A stretch of 64,000 nt of DNA from Lama guanicoe (Eukaryota), in contig MU056303.1 of assembly GCA_013239625.1 (NCBI GenBank), forward strand, positions 10,658,049 through 10,722,048, given 5' to 3'. Below the pieces are notes generated by a model, which was given only the letters and a program-made list of their open reading frames with translations, was not told where the DNA came from and did not search any database. The translations under genes and the position numbers were made by a program. Below, in pieces: positions 60,820-64,000 of the stretch (position 1 is its first letter; every line of letters starts with the position of its first letter).

Positions 60820-62150
60820 CTCACCCCTTCATCTTTATCTCCTACAGCCCCCACGGCTCAAGGACTTTCTTTCTGCAATTGTCCTCTCTCTCTCCTGCAT
60901 CATTAATTTTTACCTCTCCAGTCTCTCCTAGAGTGTTCCCATCAGAATACAAACATGCTATAATACCTTCAATCTTAGAAAAAAAAATCTCGCTTGACCC
61001 CCGCCTCCCTCTTTAGCTGCTGTTCAATTTCTCTGCTTGCTTTGACAGCAAAACTTGTCAATAACTGGCTTTTTCTACTTTGTCACCTCTTATCCTCCCA
61101 TGAGCCCATCCCAATCAAGCTTTCATTACCACCATCTCCCTGAAATAGCTCCTGCCAAGGTGGCCTATTGCTAAATTCAGTGGTCAGTGCAAAGCCTTCA
61201 CGTTGACCTGTTGGCAGCATTTGTCACAGCTGATCACTGTATTTCTTGAAATGCTTTCTTCCTCTGGTGTACACCCACTGTTGCTCTTTAACAGTCGTCT
61301 GTGCTGGATTTTCCTCTTCCTGACCTTTTACTGTTGGAGTTCCCTGGGGCTCAGTTCTTCTCCATGTTGCTTCTTAAATTTATATCTCTGGTCCCAGCTC
61401 TGACCTCCCTCCCCAGATTACAGGCCAATATATCCAGCTTACTCAATGCTGCTGCTCAGTTATCTCCCAGGCATCTGGAATTTAACATCTCCTAAACTGA
61501 ACACATCTTAGAAACTGGCAATGACTTCCTCATTTTGGTAATGGGAAAATTAATTTTTTTTCAGTTATTTGGACCAAGCTAGAATCATCTTCGACTTCTC
61601 TCAGTCTCTACATCCAACCTATCAACAGGATGAGGCAGCTCTATCTTCAAAATAATCCTGCCCCAGTTCCTTCTCCCCTCCTCCACCACAACCATCCTGG
61701 AGCAAGTCACCATGATCTCTTGCTTAATTATTGCAATAGTCCACTAACCCACCTCCTTGCTTCCATTCTTCTCTTTTATAGCTTAGAAGGATAATTATGG
61801 TTTAGGATGATAATATTAAAACGTAAGTCAGATCACATCACAACTCAGTACAAAACAATCCAATACATTCCAGTTTCTCTCAGAATAAGTTCTAAATGAC
61901 ATGAGCCTTCTGTACCTCTCTGATCTCTTCTTTGCCCTTTGCTCACTCTGTTCTAGCCACATTGCACTCTGATGTGCTAAGTATGGTCCCACCGCAGGGC
62001 CTTTGCACTTGCTGTCTGCTTCTCCCAGACAGCCATACTCTTCCCTTCGTTACTCCATCAGTTCTCTGTAAAAATGGTACCTCTGCAGAAAGCCTCCTGT
62101 GACCATTTTATCTAAAACACACCTTTGTCAGTCTCTATCCACTAATTCTT
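60820..62150 (+). mobile_element. Long L2 LINE fragment (ORF2 RT region to 3' part)
   Basis: ttcccatcagaatacaaacatgct...gcagcatttgtcacagctgatcac...gtcagatcacatcac...cagggcctttgcacttgctgt. Confidence 0.88.
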
Positions 62151-62194
62151 TTACTTTTAAAGTTTATGATAGTTTACTACACAGTACTGGAGAA

Positions 62195-62830
62195 CTAACA
62201 CAATGGGAAAAAATTTGAGCAGACAAGACATATGGGTGGCAAATAAGCACATGAAAAAAATGTTAGACATAATTAGTAATTTGGGAAATCCAAACTAAAA
62301 CCTCAGAGAGCTACCACAACACACCTTTCAGAATTACTGAGCATTGGCAAGGCTATAAAGGAACTGAAATTCAAACACACTGCTGGTTTATCTGTAAAAT
62401 TGTGCAGCCACTTTGGAAGATAGTTGGACAGATTCTTAAAAACTAAACATACACCTACCATGTAACCCAGTCATTAATTTCTGAGGTATTACTTATAAGA
62501 AAAGAAAGCATATGTTCACCCCAAATCCTTGTACATGAATATTTACAGTATCTTTATCTGTAATACTCAAAAACTAGAAATACCCCCATGCAGCAGTAGG
62601 TGAATGGTTCAACACGCAATGGAANNNNNNNNNNNNNNNNNNNNNNNNNNNNNNNNNNNNNNNNNNNNNNNNNNNNNNNNNNNNNNNNNNNNNNNNNNNN
62701 NNNNNNNNNNNNNNNNNNNNNNNNNNNNNNNNNNNNNNNNNNNNNNNNNNNNNNNNNNNNNNNNNNNNNNNNNNNNNNNNNNACAGACAAAAAAAAAATA
62801 AAGAATCTATACTGTATGACTCCATATGTG
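62195..62830 (+). mobile_element. Ancient L1 ORF2 end and 3' UTR spanning the gap
   Basis: ggcaaataagcacatgaaaaaaatgt...gcagccactttggaagatagttgg...atactgtatgactccat. Confidence 0.8.
62625..62782. other. Assembly gap (158 N)
   Basis: N run. Confidence 1.
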
Positions 62831-64000
62831 CCTGTTGTTTGACTTTCTTTTTTGACAGGGCTGTGAGAAGGTCATCCTACAGTGCAATTCTTTCCAGCCC
62901 CCTCACTTGGTCACTGGGTCCAAGGTCAGCCTGATGGGAGCTATAAAAAAAGGGTTAGATGCCCCCTGGCTTTGTGGCTCCAGGCCACTCTTAGGAGGGT
63001 GTTACCCTCCCTGTTAGATCATGGGCACTATGCTCTGTGCCCTTGAAACAGGAGGTTAGCTCTGAGGGTGTACTCTAGGAACCTCTGGCCTCACTCACTG
63101 GTGGAGTCCCTATGAAATAGCTCCTAGTCCACATCGATTAGGCTCCAAATCCCCATCGGGGCTCCATGAGGTTCCCTAGGGGGGCAGCTCTCTCCTCTTG
63201 TGGTTTGTTTCCCTACCTCAACCAATGGGATCATCTCTTCTCTGCCGGCATCAAACACTACTGTGCAACCCCCTTCCTCGATCGCCCCTGATTGAGGGAC
63301 GGTCTTACTGCCACCTCTCAGCTCTCCTGGAAGTGCACCGGATTCCTCTCTTCCTGGTAACGACCTACGAGCATTGTGCTTTTTCCACTTCCTCAGTGAA
63401 CGCTTCCAGTGTGATCTCAACCAGTCTCCCTTTCGGCTGGTTCTGGTCTTGCCTGCCAAATGGGAGGCCTGTTGGTCCACAGAAAGAAGATACCTTGGAA
63501 GGTGCCCAGCCAACCAGAAAAGCCAAAGCCAGCATTTTTCAGACATGGTCCACATCCAGGCATGAATATCATGAGGACTACCGTTCCGTTCTAGGAATGT
63601 GGCCATTTGGGGCTCCAAAGATAACAGCTTGGATATTTCTTTCCTGTTTTGAAGTTTTTTTTTTAAAATAACATTTACTGTTTCAAGAGAACCTGGGTTT
63701 TACAAATTCACGTGTTCATGTTCATGGTTTTAGGTCTTTTATGTCTCCTGCCATCAGGGAAAAAAATAACTTCGGCAGAAGCAAGGTGGACTGGTCACTC
63801 TTATCTCTGTCAACCTCAGGGGACCTGCCGTCAGATCTCCCAGCTCACAAGACAGGCGTATTTTTCTTCTAGAGTTGCTCTTTTCCCTGGCAAGCTGGAT
63901 GTGATTCATCTGAACACTCAGATCCCCCTGCCAGGTATGTTTGGACATATGGTTTTGTAGAAATGATATTTTAAACTCTATTTGTATTCCTCTTGGAACT

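Overview
Mammalian non-coding DNA, most likely camelid (camel/alpaca/llama). This is inferred from two tRNA-Ala-derived SINEs of the Vic-1 type and artiodactyl-style L1 3' ends. I find no credible host protein-coding exon, rRNA, genuine tRNA or CRISPR array. The ORF track is almost all chance ORFs, except a few decayed retroelement fragments. The window is a GC-rich intergenic or intronic tract filled with ancient repeats (MIR, L2, L1M, MaLR and ERVL solo LTRs, hAT-Charlie and Tigger MITEs). Between the repeats are about ten short, repeat-free, AT-rich islands dense in homeodomain, FOX, SOX, EBF and bZIP motifs, which look like developmental enhancers. The largest structure is a near-complete, very old class III (ERV-L; HERV16/ERV3-16A3-like) provirus on the minus strand at ~50763-59115, with both LTRs, a PBS-like sequence and gag, protease, RT, RNase H, integrase and dUTPase remnants. 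Inside it is a young (~99% identical) 2.25-kb head-to-tail tandem duplication of the protease-to-integrase segment, with a deletion near the junction. There are two assembly gaps. I see no convincing evidence of a new biological system. Repeat names come from recalled consensus sequences and most boundaries are approximate.
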